Assembly: GCF_000013905.1 (NCBI RefSeq)
Contig: NC_007969.1
Coordinates: 210,001 to 242,000 of the forward strand
Direction of reading: 5' to 3'
From: Psychrobacter cryohalolentis K5
GTDB lineage: Bacteria; Pseudomonadota; Gammaproteobacteria; Pseudomonadales; Moraxellaceae
Length of the DNA: 32,000 nucleotides
The translations under genes were made by a program, and so were the position numbers. Shown here piece by piece: positions 20,421 through 29,496 of the stretch (its first letter is position 1; every line of letters begins with the position of its first letter). The notes under the pieces are model-generated. The model worked only from the letters and a program-made list of their open reading frames with translations, did no database searches and had not been told where the DNA came from.

Positions 20421-20453
20421 TAGTGTGAATTAAGGATAAAATAATTCACACTA
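20421..20453. promoter_or_regulatory. Perfect 12-bp palindrome (candidate operator) upstream of the orphan gene
   Basis: TAGTGTGAATTA (20421..20432), a 9-nt spacer, then TAATTCACACTA (20442..20453). It overlaps a TATAGT -10-like hexamer (20419..20424) and ends 56 nt before the ATG at 20510. Confidence 0.5.
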
Positions 20454-20509
20454 AGCTCACTAAAAATATTCCATACACGAAATTATTATCAGTACTACGA
20501 GGGATGCTT

Positions 20510-21145
20510 ATGAAACAAGAAAATCTCAATATTGAATTGGTGAAATTAGATAGATTAATTTCAGGACTTCCAGAACTAGGAAGAAAGACATTAATTGATA
20601 GTAGGGCTGACATGTATGTATTAGATCTTATTATGATAGCTGCTTTAAAGCGGACACTAAGCTTAGCAAGGGGATTTCAGGCTTTGGTAGTTAGCAAAAA
20701 TATGACATGCATAAGGGCAATGATAAGGATGCAGTTAGATACTATAAGCCGTCTTTTAGCCTATACTTATGTATCAGAGCCATCAGAGCTTGCAAAAGAA
20801 GTTATTAGTGGCGTACCGCTAAACAAATTTAAGTGCAGAGATGGTCATAAACTACAAGATAGGTATCTTATTGAAAAAATGGCTAAACAATATCCGTGGG
20901 TAACGGAGGTCTATAAGTATACTTCAGGTTATGTACACTTTTCAGAAAAACAGCTTTTCGATTCTATCAAGTCTATGGGTGACGGAAGCTTAGGTAAAGT
21001 TAGCTTTGATATAAGAGCGGATGATTTATACTTTCCAGAAGAAAGTTGGATTGAAGCTGTTTCTTGTTTTAATGAAATGCTTAGTATCTTAGAAGAGACG
21101 CTATTAACATATAGTAATGAAGTTTTGTACCAGTCAAAAAAATGA
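20510..21145 (+). CDS. Hypothetical protein, orphan, low GC
   Basis: 211 aa from the ATG at 20510. GAGGG at 20499..20503 is well spaced for this ATG but abuts the track's ATG at 20504. Hand count gives about 35% GC over 600 nt. No catalytic motif recognised. Confidence 0.72.
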   Translation: MKQENLNIELVKLDRLISGLPELGRKTLIDSRADMYVLDLIMIAALKRTLSLARGFQALVVSKNMTCIRAMIRMQLDTISRLLAYTYVSEPSELAKEVISGVPLNKFKCRDGHKLQDRYLIEKMAKQYPWVTEVYKYTSGYVHFSEKQLFDSIKSMGDGSLGKVSFDIRADDLYFPEESWIEAVSCFNEMLSILEETLLTYSNEVLYQSKK

Positions 21146-21280
21146 CTCAATTTTCAGGCCCAGCCTATATTATACAATCGCCACCTAGAAACCCCCTCCC
21201 AAGCCTCCCTATCCATGCTAAATTAAACCCTATCAACGATATTCATATCTATCAATCACACCATAAAAAAGGATTTTATA

Positions 21281-22480
21281 ATGGTAGTGCTAAAAACACT
21301 GTTTAAATGGATCGTTTTGCCTATTTTAGCGCTACTCATTATTATCAGCTTGGGCTTAGTAGTGACCGGTAATGCTTATATCTTTCGCGGTTTACAGCTC
21401 ACTTATTTGAAAGGTGAAGCCACTGCCAATATTGATGATTATATCGATTTTGACAATCGGACTATCCGTGCAAAAGACGCTATCGAATGGGAAAAAGATT
21501 CCAATTTTGAGCAAGTCAAACTCACCACAACGTTGCAGAATGCTTTAGATACAGACCAAACAGTGGCCTTTGCTATTATCAAAGACGGCAAGCTACTGTA
21601 CGAAAACTACTGGCAAGGTTATGGCAGCGATTCGCACACCAACAGCTTTTCGATGGCAAAAACCGTCACGACTATGCTCTATCTCAAAGCGGTGGAGGAC
21701 GGCTATATCGGTAGCGTTGATGAGCCGATTACCAAGTGGTTACCTGAATATGCGGACAAGCAATATGCGCAAAACTGTACCCTCGCGGATTTATCAGCGA
21801 TGACCTCAGGCTATGATTGGACGGAGGATTACTACTTCCCAATTAATCCCACCGCAGAATCCTACTATGGTCATGACTTAGTTAAGCAAATGGTCAATCG
21901 AGATTTCGTAGAGGCGTGTGGCGGTCAGTTCGAATACTCATCAGGTGATACGCAAATGCTCGGTATTGCTCTATCACGTGCGTTAGAACCTCATGGCTAT
22001 ACACTTTCTAGCTATTTGGAAGAGAGGTTTTGGCAACCTTTAGGGATGCAAGGCGACGCCTATTGGTCGCTTGATGGCTCAGAGAGCATCGAAAAAGTAT
22101 ATTGCTGTCTAAACGCTAGTGCGCTGGATTTTGCTAAATTTGGGCAGTTATTATTGAACGGTGGCGAGTGGCAAGGTGAGCAACTGCTTAGCAAAGCGCA
22201 TGTTGATTTTATGATTACGCCAAACGCGGGTGCATTTGCAGAAGGGCAGGCGCAAGTTTATGGACATTCAGTGTGGACGGATATGGAGAGTCCGATTCCG
22301 TTTTATGCAATGCTTGGTCATTTAGGTCAGAGAGTATTAGTGTTGCCTGAAGAGAATGCAATCATCGTCAGATTGGGCAAGCAGAAAGGTTTGCCCACAC
22401 CAGTAGAGGGATTTCATTTAGAGCCAGATTTGGGTCAATATGTGACGGAGGTGAAAATGATTTTGGATGGCTTAGAATAA
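21281..22480 (+). CDS. Membrane-anchored serine hydrolase (beta-lactamase / esterase family VIII fold)
   Basis: 399 aa. N-terminal TM helix, S-x-x-K nucleophile motif (SMAK) and a C-terminal GHLGQ motif. AAGGA Shine-Dalgarno 8 nt upstream. Confidence 0.85.
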   Translation: MVVLKTLFKWIVLPILALLIIISLGLVVTGNAYIFRGLQLTYLKGEATANIDDYIDFDNRTIRAKDAIEWEKDSNFEQVKLTTTLQNALDTDQTVAFAIIKDGKLLYENYWQGYGSDSHTNSFSMAKTVTTMLYLKAVEDGYIGSVDEPITKWLPEYADKQYAQNCTLADLSAMTSGYDWTEDYYFPINPTAESYYGHDLVKQMVNRDFVEACGGQFEYSSGDTQMLGIALSRALEPHGYTLSSYLEERFWQPLGMQGDAYWSLDGSESIEKVYCCLNASALDFAKFGQLLLNGGEWQGEQLLSKAHVDFMITPNAGAFAEGQAQVYGHSVWTDMESPIPFYAMLGHLGQRVLVLPEENAIIVRLGKQKGLPTPVEGFHLEPDLGQYVTEVKMILDGLE

Positions 22481-22488
22481 AAATAGGA

Positions 22489-22521
22489 GCGGTTGCAAAT
22501 ATTTATTTCACTTGCAACCGC
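22489..22521. terminator. 10-bp hairpin between convergent hydrolase and lplA (no U-run)
   Basis: GCGGTTGCAA (22489..22498) pairs with TTGCAACCGC (22512..22521), with a 13-nt loop. Confidence 0.4.
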
Positions 22522-22527
22522 AAGGCT

Positions 22528-23547
22528 TTAACCTTCCATCTCTCCAATTAGCCACTCCGACACATCGTCAATCTGCGCTGCCAATTCAGGATGCGCTCTG
22601 TTTAGCTCATCAAACTTAGCTTTAATATCATGCTTGTCGTACTTAACATCTGCCAGTGATTCTTTTAACAGATCAATCAACTCAACGTTTAGCGCATCAG
22701 AGAAGATGACCACTTCGCGTATCGCTGCTTGCTTCACATCAAGGTGCAAATCAATAATGCCCCAATTAAAGCGCGTCTCAATGTGATGGGTGAACTCAGG
22801 CGTCTTGCCAAAGCGCCAATCCCAATCTGCCATTTGTTGATAATATTTATTAAGGTTAGGTTGCTTGGCGAGACTGGCTTCATCCAATTCTTCGACTGGC
22901 GCGGTGTCGCCATAATCCGTGTCGCGATAGTATTCGCGAAACGCTTCGATAATTGCATCAGATAACGTCTCGTGATTGATGTCTTCATTAAACTCAACCA
23001 AATTAGCAACGCGCGCACGGACGGACTTAATGCCTTTGGCTTTCAGCTTTAGCGGATGCGGATTGAGATAATCGCCCAGCTTTTGCATATTGGCATTGAC
23101 TAGTAATGTGCCATGATGAAAGCTGCGATCTGCTGTATGTTTAAAGGCGCTACCTGATATCTTCTTATCACCGACTTGCATGTCGTTACGCCCAGATAAA
23201 TCCGCGTCTATGCCCAACTTCTTTAGCGCATTGATAATAATGGTAAAGTTCGCTGCTTGGTCGTAATCGTCTTTGGGTGATAAAAAGGTAAAGTTGGTAT
23301 TGCCTAAATCATGAAATACCGCACCACCGCCACTCTGACGTCTTGCTAAAAACACATCGTCGGCTTCCATCTTATCGATTTTGCATTCCACCCATGGGTT
23401 TTGCGAGCGCCCAATGACCACGGTCTCGCTATTGCGCCATAAAAATAGCGTGTGCGAGTCGGGATTGAGGGTATTAAATATCCAATCTTCGGTCGCGAGG
23501 TTAAACCAAGGGTTAGTCACGGCAGACTTTAAGATGCGCAGTTTCAT
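22528..23547 (-). CDS. lplA: Lipoate-protein ligase A
   Basis: 339 aa. NPWFNLATEDWIF aligns with E. coli LplA DPWFNLAVEECIF. RRxSGGGAVFHDLGN and the KISGSA lysine motif are present. Confidence 0.93.
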   Translation of the reverse strand: MKLRILKSAVTNPWFNLATEDWIFNTLNPDSHTLFLWRNSETVVIGRSQNPWVECKIDKMEADDVFLARRQSGGGAVFHDLGNTNFTFLSPKDDYDQAANFTIIINALKKLGIDADLSGRNDMQVGDKKISGSAFKHTADRSFHHGTLLVNANMQKLGDYLNPHPLKLKAKGIKSVRARVANLVEFNEDINHETLSDAIIEAFREYYRDTDYGDTAPVEELDEASLAKQPNLNKYYQQMADWDWRFGKTPEFTHHIETRFNWGIIDLHLDVKQAAIREVVIFSDALNVELIDLLKESLADVKYDKHDIKAKFDELNRAHPELAAQIDDVSEWLIGEMEG

Positions 23548-23690
23548 TATTTATCCTTTTTTTCGAATAGTTTTTATAGATTGAGTGTCATAAATAGATA
23601 CTGTCATTGTTGCCGATGCGAGTTTGGAATTCAATGGCTGTGTGGTAGGGAGGATTGACGATTGAAGCTGACAACCATCAATGTACAGAC

Positions 23691-23719
23691 TTGACCAAAT
23701 AGGGAATTTCGCTTATCAT
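23691..23719 (+). promoter_or_regulatory. Sigma70-like promoter candidate for the trpB-like gene
   Basis: TTGACC (23691..23696), a 17-nt spacer, then TATCAT (23714..23719). It lies about 115 nt upstream of the ATG. Confidence 0.4.
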
Positions 23720-23836
23720 CTTGTTTCAATGTACTAGAACGTAAATACATATAAAATATTTTTATCATCAAAAATGCTAAATAATTTGGCAAAAATATTA
23801 ATGCTAATACTCATTTTAAAATAATAAGGCTTAACT

Positions 23837-25063
23837 ATGACAACGCAAAATACCGCCACTGGCTACGGTTTACATCAATCAATTTTGCCCAATGACGATG
23901 GTCTATATGGTGAGTTCGGTGGCAAAATCGGTCATCCTGAGCTTGCCAAAGCCATGGCAGAAATCGAAGTGGGCTTTCGTGAAATCATTAAAAATGACGA
24001 TTTTATCGCTGAGATGAAGCGCTTGCGTGAGACCTATGTTGGTCGTCCAAGTCCTATTTATCATGCACAGCGTTTGACCGAGCATTGCGGAGGCGCGCAG
24101 ATTTATTTTAAGCGTGAAGATTTAAATCATACGGGTGCGCATAAGATTAATCACTGTTTGGGTGAAGTATTATTAGCCAAGAAATTAGGCAAAACCAAAG
24201 TGATTGCCGAAACGGGCGCGGGGCAACATGGCGTAGCATTGGCAACGGCAGCGGCATTGATGGGCTTGGAATGTGAGATTCACATGGGTGTGGTCGATAT
24301 TAAAAAAGAGCATCCAAACGTCAGTCGTATGAAGATTTTGGGTGCCAATATCGTGCCAGTCTCGCGCGGTGCTGGTACGCTAAAAGAAGCGGTTGATAGT
24401 GCTTTTGAGACTTATTTGGATGAGCTTGATAGCAGTATGTTCGCGATTGGCTCGGCACTGGGACCTGCGCCCTACCCTGAAATGGTCAGCTATTTTCAGT
24501 CAGTGGTTGGTCATGAAGCGCGGGCGCAGTTCTTAGCGACGACGGGTAAGCTACCTAATAAAGTGGTTGCTTGTATTGGCGGCGGCTCTAATGCTATCGG
24601 TATGTTTAGCGGCTTTTTTGATGATAAAGATGTAGAAAAAATAGGCGTGGAACCCGCAGGCGAAGGTCTGGATACTCCTAATCATGCGGCGACAATGTCG
24701 CTCGGCGTGAAAGGTGAGATTCATGGTTTTAAATGCTATGTGCTGCTCGATGAAAAAGGCGAGCCAGCTCCCGTACATTCGATTGCCTCCGGTCTTGATT
24801 ATCCTGGGGTTGGACCACAGCACTCACATCTGCGAGATTTAAAACTGGCCACTTATGAGTCGGCGACTGATGCTGAATGTCTAGAAGCGTTTATGGCATT
24901 GTCGCGCCTTGAGGGTATTATTCCTGCTTTAGAGTCGGCACATGCCATCGCTTATGCGATGAAAATCGCCAAGGATATGTCAGCGGATGAGACGATTTTG
25001 GTCAATTTGTCAGGGCGTGGCGATAAAGACATCGATTTTATTTTGGACAAGGTGGATTTATAA
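23837..25063 (+). CDS. trpB: Tryptophan synthase beta-chain-like PLP enzyme, stand-alone (no adjacent trpA)
   Basis: 408 aa. PLP lysine in [10 protein letters not shown], plus [20 protein letters not shown] and [12 protein letters not shown]. The N-terminal [10 protein letters not shown] deviates from the canonical FGGxYVPExL. Confidence 0.88.
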   Translation: MTTQNTATGYGLHQSILPNDDGLYGEFGGKIGHPELAKAMAEIEVGFREIIKNDDFIAEMKRLRETYVGRPSPIYHAQRLTEHCGGAQIYFKREDLNHTGAHKINHCLGEVLLAKKLGKTKVIAETGAGQHGVALATAAALMGLECEIHMGVVDIKKEHPNVSRMKILGANIVPVSRGAGTLKEAVDSAFETYLDELDSSMFAIGSALGPAPYPEMVSYFQSVVGHEARAQFLATTGKLPNKVVACIGGGSNAIGMFSGFFDDKDVEKIGVEPAGEGLDTPNHAATMSLGVKGEIHGFKCYVLLDEKGEPAPVHSIASGLDYPGVGPQHSHLRDLKLATYESATDAECLEAFMALSRLEGIIPALESAHAIAYAMKIAKDMSADETILVNLSGRGDKDIDFILDKVDL

Positions 25064-25163
25064 AATAAATCTGTGATAAGTACAGAAAATACAATACCTA
25101 TTGAGCGCTGAACCAGTTATCATCGAGGTTTTTTTACTGTCTAATGCTCGATAGGATCATCTC

Positions 25164-26060
25164 ATGTCTAACCGCGACCTCATTATTTTTATCACCTTAT
25201 CTTTTATGTGGTCGCTGTCTTTCATTTTTTATCGTATTGGCGTGCCTGAATTTGGCTCGTTAGCTTTTGCCAGCCTACGTGTGGTCTTGGCTGGACTGAC
25301 GATGTTGGTGTTTGTAATACTAAAAAAGAAAAACAGAGTAGGCATTCGTGAAAATTGGAAAGTATTAACGTTGGTTGGGCTTTTCTCCGCAGCAGTGCCC
25401 TTTATCCTGTTTGCATTTTCAGCGCGCTCGGTAAACGCTGGCGTATTGGCAGTACTTAATGCATCTGTGCCAATGATAAGCGGCTTTATTGCCAGTGTAT
25501 TTTTTAAAGACAGACTGTCAAAAAAGCAAATTCTCGGTTTGGTGATCGGTGTGATCGGCGTGATGATTCTAATGAGCGAGAACTTATTTGGCGGGCAGGG
25601 CGCTGGGTCAGGTTCTGGTTTATTACCGATGGGCTACGCATTATTGGCCTGTGTTGGCTACGCGCTTGGGGCAAATATCACTCGAAATTACTTGGAAAAT
25701 GTTTCACCAGTAGCGATTACCGCAGGCTCGCTTATCATTGCCAGTGTGATTATGTTGCCTGTGGCGGTTTATGAGTTTCCTTATGGTAAGAGCATCAGTC
25801 TCACCGCTTGGATTTCTGTCATTTGTATCGGTGTGTTTTCGACTGCCATCGCGCTGATTTTTATGAATCAGTTGATCAAAAGTATCGGGCCAGTACGAGC
25901 AACCAGTATTACTTTGGTGATTCCGATTTTTGCCATTATTTTAGGCTATCTGCTGCTTGGCGAGGCATTGGATACACCCGCGATCATTGGTTCAATAGTG
26001 ATATTATTTGGTACTTATTTGTCTTTGAATTTGTCTTTTAAAAAGATGCTCAAATCATAA
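25164..26060 (+). CDS. EamA/DMT-superfamily transporter
   Basis: 298 aa with about 10 TM helices arranged as two EamA-like halves. Confidence 0.87.
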   Translation: MSNRDLIIFITLSFMWSLSFIFYRIGVPEFGSLAFASLRVVLAGLTMLVFVILKKKNRVGIRENWKVLTLVGLFSAAVPFILFAFSARSVNAGVLAVLNASVPMISGFIASVFFKDRLSKKQILGLVIGVIGVMILMSENLFGGQGAGSGSGLLPMGYALLACVGYALGANITRNYLENVSPVAITAGSLIIASVIMLPVAVYEFPYGKSISLTAWISVICIGVFSTAIALIFMNQLIKSIGPVRATSITLVIPIFAIILGYLLLGEALDTPAIIGSIVILFGTYLSLNLSFKKMLKS

Positions 26061-26144
26061 AATATTTACTATTTTTAAATTTCATATAAAAAAACCTGTG
26101 TAAAATAAAGTTTATTTTGGCAAAATAGCCCTTCTAAGCACTCC

Positions 26145-26396
26145 CTATTGTCGCCATCGGCACGCCAAATCGAAGAAAATCGCATTGCGATATACATCCA
26201 ATAAAAATTTGGCTTTTTTTACCGCGTAGCCATTGGGATAACGTTGCCCATAATCTTCCCAAAATACCGCCCGTTCGACCAGCTCTTCAAAAGTAGTGGT
26301 AATGGGCAGCAGCGCTTCAAAAGATATCTTGATTGTCTGTTGCCATCCGCTGGATAAAGGCTTAATGAAATAATCAGTCAATCTGATTAAAGTCAT
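26145..26396 (-). CDS. Hypothetical small protein (83 aa)
   Basis: Only ORF in a 570-bp gap and non-overlapping. No convincing Shine-Dalgarno and no recognised motif. Coding status is uncertain. Confidence 0.4.
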   Translation of the reverse strand: MTLIRLTDYFIKPLSSGWQQTIKISFEALLPITTTFEELVERAVFWEDYGQRYPNGYAVKKAKFLLDVYRNAIFFDLACRWRQ

Positions 26397-26630
26397 TCGC
26401 TTAATATGCTAATAAGAGGCTTTGAATAATGAGTATTATCAATACCGATATCATGCCATATTGATATTTTTGTTTGTAATTTTTCCTTGGAATTACCGTA
26501 TCTACGCCCTATAAAGAACACGGCTTATGAATAGCGTGCTTAATGCGTTTTAGACGTAATATTAAGTGTGAATTATTCATCATTAACAAATTCTATAACC
26601 GTATTTTTATAACAGCAAATAAGGCTTTTT

Positions 26631-27734
26631 ATGGCACATGATAATTTATTCGAAACCGTCAAAATGGGCACCCAAACCCTAAAAAATCGCATTATTATGG
26701 CACCTTTGACGCGCTTGCGCTCTGTCGAGCCCGGTGATGTCCCTACAGCGCTTGCTGGCGAGTACTACTCACAGCGTAGCGGTGCTGGGCTTGTCATTGC
26801 TGAAGCGACACAGGTTTCTTTTCAGGCAAAAGGCTATGCGGGCGCGCCTGGTATCCATACCGAAGATCAGACGACAGCGTGGAAAACCATTGTCGACAAT
26901 GTCCATGCAAAAGGCGGCAAGATAGTAGTACAGCTCTGGCACACTGGTCTGGTAGCGCACGAAAGCGTTCAGCCTGATGGTAAGGCGCCGATCTCTGCCT
27001 CCGATGTTCATGTGGGAGTACGTACTTCACTGCGCGATAGCAACAACCAAGCCATTCGAGTTGAAGCGACCACACCGCGTCCTGCGACACTGGAAGAGAT
27101 AGAGCAAGTTATTGCTGATTTCGGTCTTGCGACCAAAAACGCTAAAGAGGCGGGTTTTGATGGAGTGGAAATTCATGGTGCACATGGCTATCTATTACAT
27201 CAATTTTGGGCTGAGCATACCAATCAGCGCACTGATGAATATGGCGGTAGCCGTGAGAACCGTGCGCGCTTAATGCTGGCTGTGATTGATGCTTGTGTCG
27301 ACGCATGGGATGCGGACCATGTCGGTATTCGTATTTCACCACTTGGTACGTTTAATAATGTGGAAGCTGGATATAACGAAGATGAAAACATTTGGCTGAT
27401 TGAGCAAATCAATCAACGCGCTATTATGTATTTGCATTTATCTGAGCCTGATTGGGCAGGTGGAACGCCTTATAGCGATGCGTTCCGTCAGCGTGTTCGC
27501 GATGCCTTTGATCAGACAATCATTGCCGCAGGTGGTTATACAGCGGAAAAGGCTGAAAGAAACATCAAGTCAGGCTATATCGATGCCGTGGCGTTTGGCC
27601 GTGATTATATCGCCAATCCTGATTTGGCTGAGCGTATTCGTGAAGGCGCGCCGCTAAATGAACAACATCCAGAGAGCTTTTATGGTGGCGGCACAAAAGG
27701 CTATACCGATTATCCGTTTTTAAACCAAGCATAA
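26631..27734 (+). CDS. nemA: Old Yellow Enzyme family NADH:flavin oxidoreductase (N-ethylmaleimide reductase-like)
   Basis: 367 aa. MAPLTRxR, QLWHx[19 protein letters not shown] and [10 protein letters not shown], collinear with NemA/OYE enzymes. Confidence 0.9.
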   Translation: MAHDNLFETVKMGTQTLKNRIIMAPLTRLRSVEPGDVPTALAGEYYSQRSGAGLVIAEATQVSFQAKGYAGAPGIHTEDQTTAWKTIVDNVHAKGGKIVVQLWHTGLVAHESVQPDGKAPISASDVHVGVRTSLRDSNNQAIRVEATTPRPATLEEIEQVIADFGLATKNAKEAGFDGVEIHGAHGYLLHQFWAEHTNQRTDEYGGSRENRARLMLAVIDACVDAWDADHVGIRISPLGTFNNVEAGYNEDENIWLIEQINQRAIMYLHLSEPDWAGGTPYSDAFRQRVRDAFDQTIIAAGGYTAEKAERNIKSGYIDAVAFGRDYIANPDLAERIREGAPLNEQHPESFYGGGTKGYTDYPFLNQA

Positions 27735-27750
27735 TGGTTTGACGGTCAAT

Positions 27751-27789
27751 AAAAAAGCCACCTTGCTATGATTAGCAAGGTGGCTTTTT
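27751..27789. terminator. Bidirectional intrinsic terminator between convergent genes
   Basis: Perfect 12-bp stem GCCACCTTGCTA (27757..27768) / TAGCAAGGTGGC (27773..27784) with a 4-nt loop. A6 upstream and T5 downstream. Confidence 0.88.
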
Positions 27790-27808
27790 ATGATTTGGTC
27801 AATATGAT

Positions 27809-29110
27809 TTAAACTATCTCACCGCAGACAAAACCACTTGCCCACGCCCATTGGAAGTTATAACCACCGAGCCAGCCTGTGACATCCAGCACTTCACCAA
27901 TAAAATACAGACCATCTTGATAATTACTTTGCATAGTCTTTGATGAGACTTCATCAGTCTTGATGCCGCCACGCGTGACCTCAGCAGTGCGATAGCCTTC
28001 GGTACCAGAGGGTTTAAGCTGCCAGCCATTGAGCGTTATGCCAAGTTCAATTAAACGCTCATCTTTAATATTGGCAAGCTCTTTGTCTTTAATATCATCC
28101 CAAAGAGTCGTTTGTAGCGCCACAAGCAATTTTTTGGGTAATGCATTGTCTGTATAATCCGTCAATACCGTACGGATAAGCTGTCTTGGATGCGTTTTTT
28201 TATGTGCAAGCAATAGGGTGGTTATATCGATATTGGGGAGGAGATTGATACTGATGGTTTCGCCTGTATGCCAGTAGTTGGACAGCTGCAACATGGCAGG
28301 ACCAGAGAGTCCGCGATGGGTAAATAGTAGTGGTAATTTAAATGAGATGCGATCATTGCTGGCAATCACAGGGAGACTAATACCAGCAAGCGTGCGAATC
28401 AGCTCGCCAGTTTTATCAGTAAAAGTGAAAGGTACCAAGCTGGCATCAGTCGTTATTAGACTATGACCAAATTGCTGCGCCAACTCATAGCCCAAACCGC
28501 TTGCACCCATGGTAGGAATGGACAGTCCGCCCGTTGCCACGACCAGTGACTCACAGCGAAAGCCTGTTTGCATAGACTTAGCGTTCTCTAGAGCCTCTTT
28601 TTTCTCTTGCTTCTCTTTTTTGCTCAGCGCTTTACTGGTCAATAATTGAAAGCGTGCCTTCTTATCGTTTTCGAGTGCTTGCATGCTGTCGACTTGACTG
28701 TTGAGCCTGACTTGTACACCGACAGCGGCACATTCATCGAGCAGCATCGTCAAGATGTCTTGCGCCGAATCATCGCAGAATAGCTGACCATGCTCGCGCT
28801 CATGGTAGGGTATTTTATGCTGCTCAACCATACCGATAAACTCCCAACTCGGATATCGACTAAGCGCTGATTTACAAAAATGCGGGTTGCTACCGATAAA
28901 ATGCTCAGGCTCCACAAAATAATTGGTAAAGTTACAGCGCCCGCCACCAGACATAAGGATTTTTTTGCCAGCTTTATTGGCGTGGTCCAATACCAATACA
29001 CGGCGACCACGGCGACCGGCGGTTAATGCGCAATATAACCCTGACGCACCAGCACCAATGATGATGACATCATAATGCGAGTATTGTGAGGCAGTACAGT
29101 GCTTGTCCAT
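27809..29110 (-). CDS. HI0933/YhiN (BaiN-like) family FAD-dependent oxidoreductase
   Basis: 433 aa. DVIIIGAGASGL Rossmann motif, the family hallmark SGGGRCNFTN, and C-terminal GEVLDVTGxLGGYNFQWAWxSG. Confidence 0.9.
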   Translation of the reverse strand: MDKHCTASQYSHYDVIIIGAGASGLYCALTAGRRGRRVLVLDHANKAGKKILMSGGGRCNFTNYFVEPEHFIGSNPHFCKSALSRYPSWEFIGMVEQHKIPYHEREHGQLFCDDSAQDILTMLLDECAAVGVQVRLNSQVDSMQALENDKKARFQLLTSKALSKKEKQEKKEALENAKSMQTGFRCESLVVATGGLSIPTMGASGLGYELAQQFGHSLITTDASLVPFTFTDKTGELIRTLAGISLPVIASNDRISFKLPLLFTHRGLSGPAMLQLSNYWHTGETISINLLPNIDITTLLLAHKKTHPRQLIRTVLTDYTDNALPKKLLVALQTTLWDDIKDKELANIKDERLIELGITLNGWQLKPSGTEGYRTAEVTRGGIKTDEVSSKTMQSNYQDGLYFIGEVLDVTGWLGGYNFQWAWASGFVCGEIV

Positions 29111-29496
29111 GGTCGGTAGTTCCTGATTTTAAAAGAGCAAATAAGGCTCATAGAGCCTATTATCATATAAAGAATGGCGATATCAATTATAGCGCTTGAT
29201 ATCAGGTTGCTATTGTCCATGTTTTATAACAGGTTACAAGGATTAAATAGCATTGTTGCAACTGCATTTAAAAAAATAGCGGTAAAAAATACCAGCCATA
29301 TAATCTGCAATCTTAAACATACTGGCGTGCTATACAATTGTTGTGATTAGTGGTTGATGCCTTGCAACCATTCAGCATATTTGTCAAACTGTCTTTGAGT
29401 GTCACCATTATGGAAGATGACCCTTATTGCCTGTGCCAATCCTCACTATCAGCGATGTTTGCTACAGGTCATAATAATTAAAAAAGGATGAAGCTC

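Noticed and set aside
20424-20450. CRP-type reading of TGTGA...TCACA in the palindrome
   Set aside because: The spacing between TGTGA and TCACA is 17 nt, not the 6 nt required for a CRP/Vfr site. The 26.5-kb copy has TGTGA-N6-CATCA, a poor second half.
23731-23748. TrpR-operator-like sequence GTACTAGAACGTAAATAC just after the putative trpB-like promoter
   Set aside because: Only one half-site (GTACTAG) resembles the E. coli trp operator GTACTAGTTAACTAGTAC. The second half is degenerate, so this is not enough to call.
26734-27657. Cluster of 62 to 98-aa ORFs on both strands within the OYE reductase gene
   Set aside because: All overlap the strongly supported nemA-like frame.
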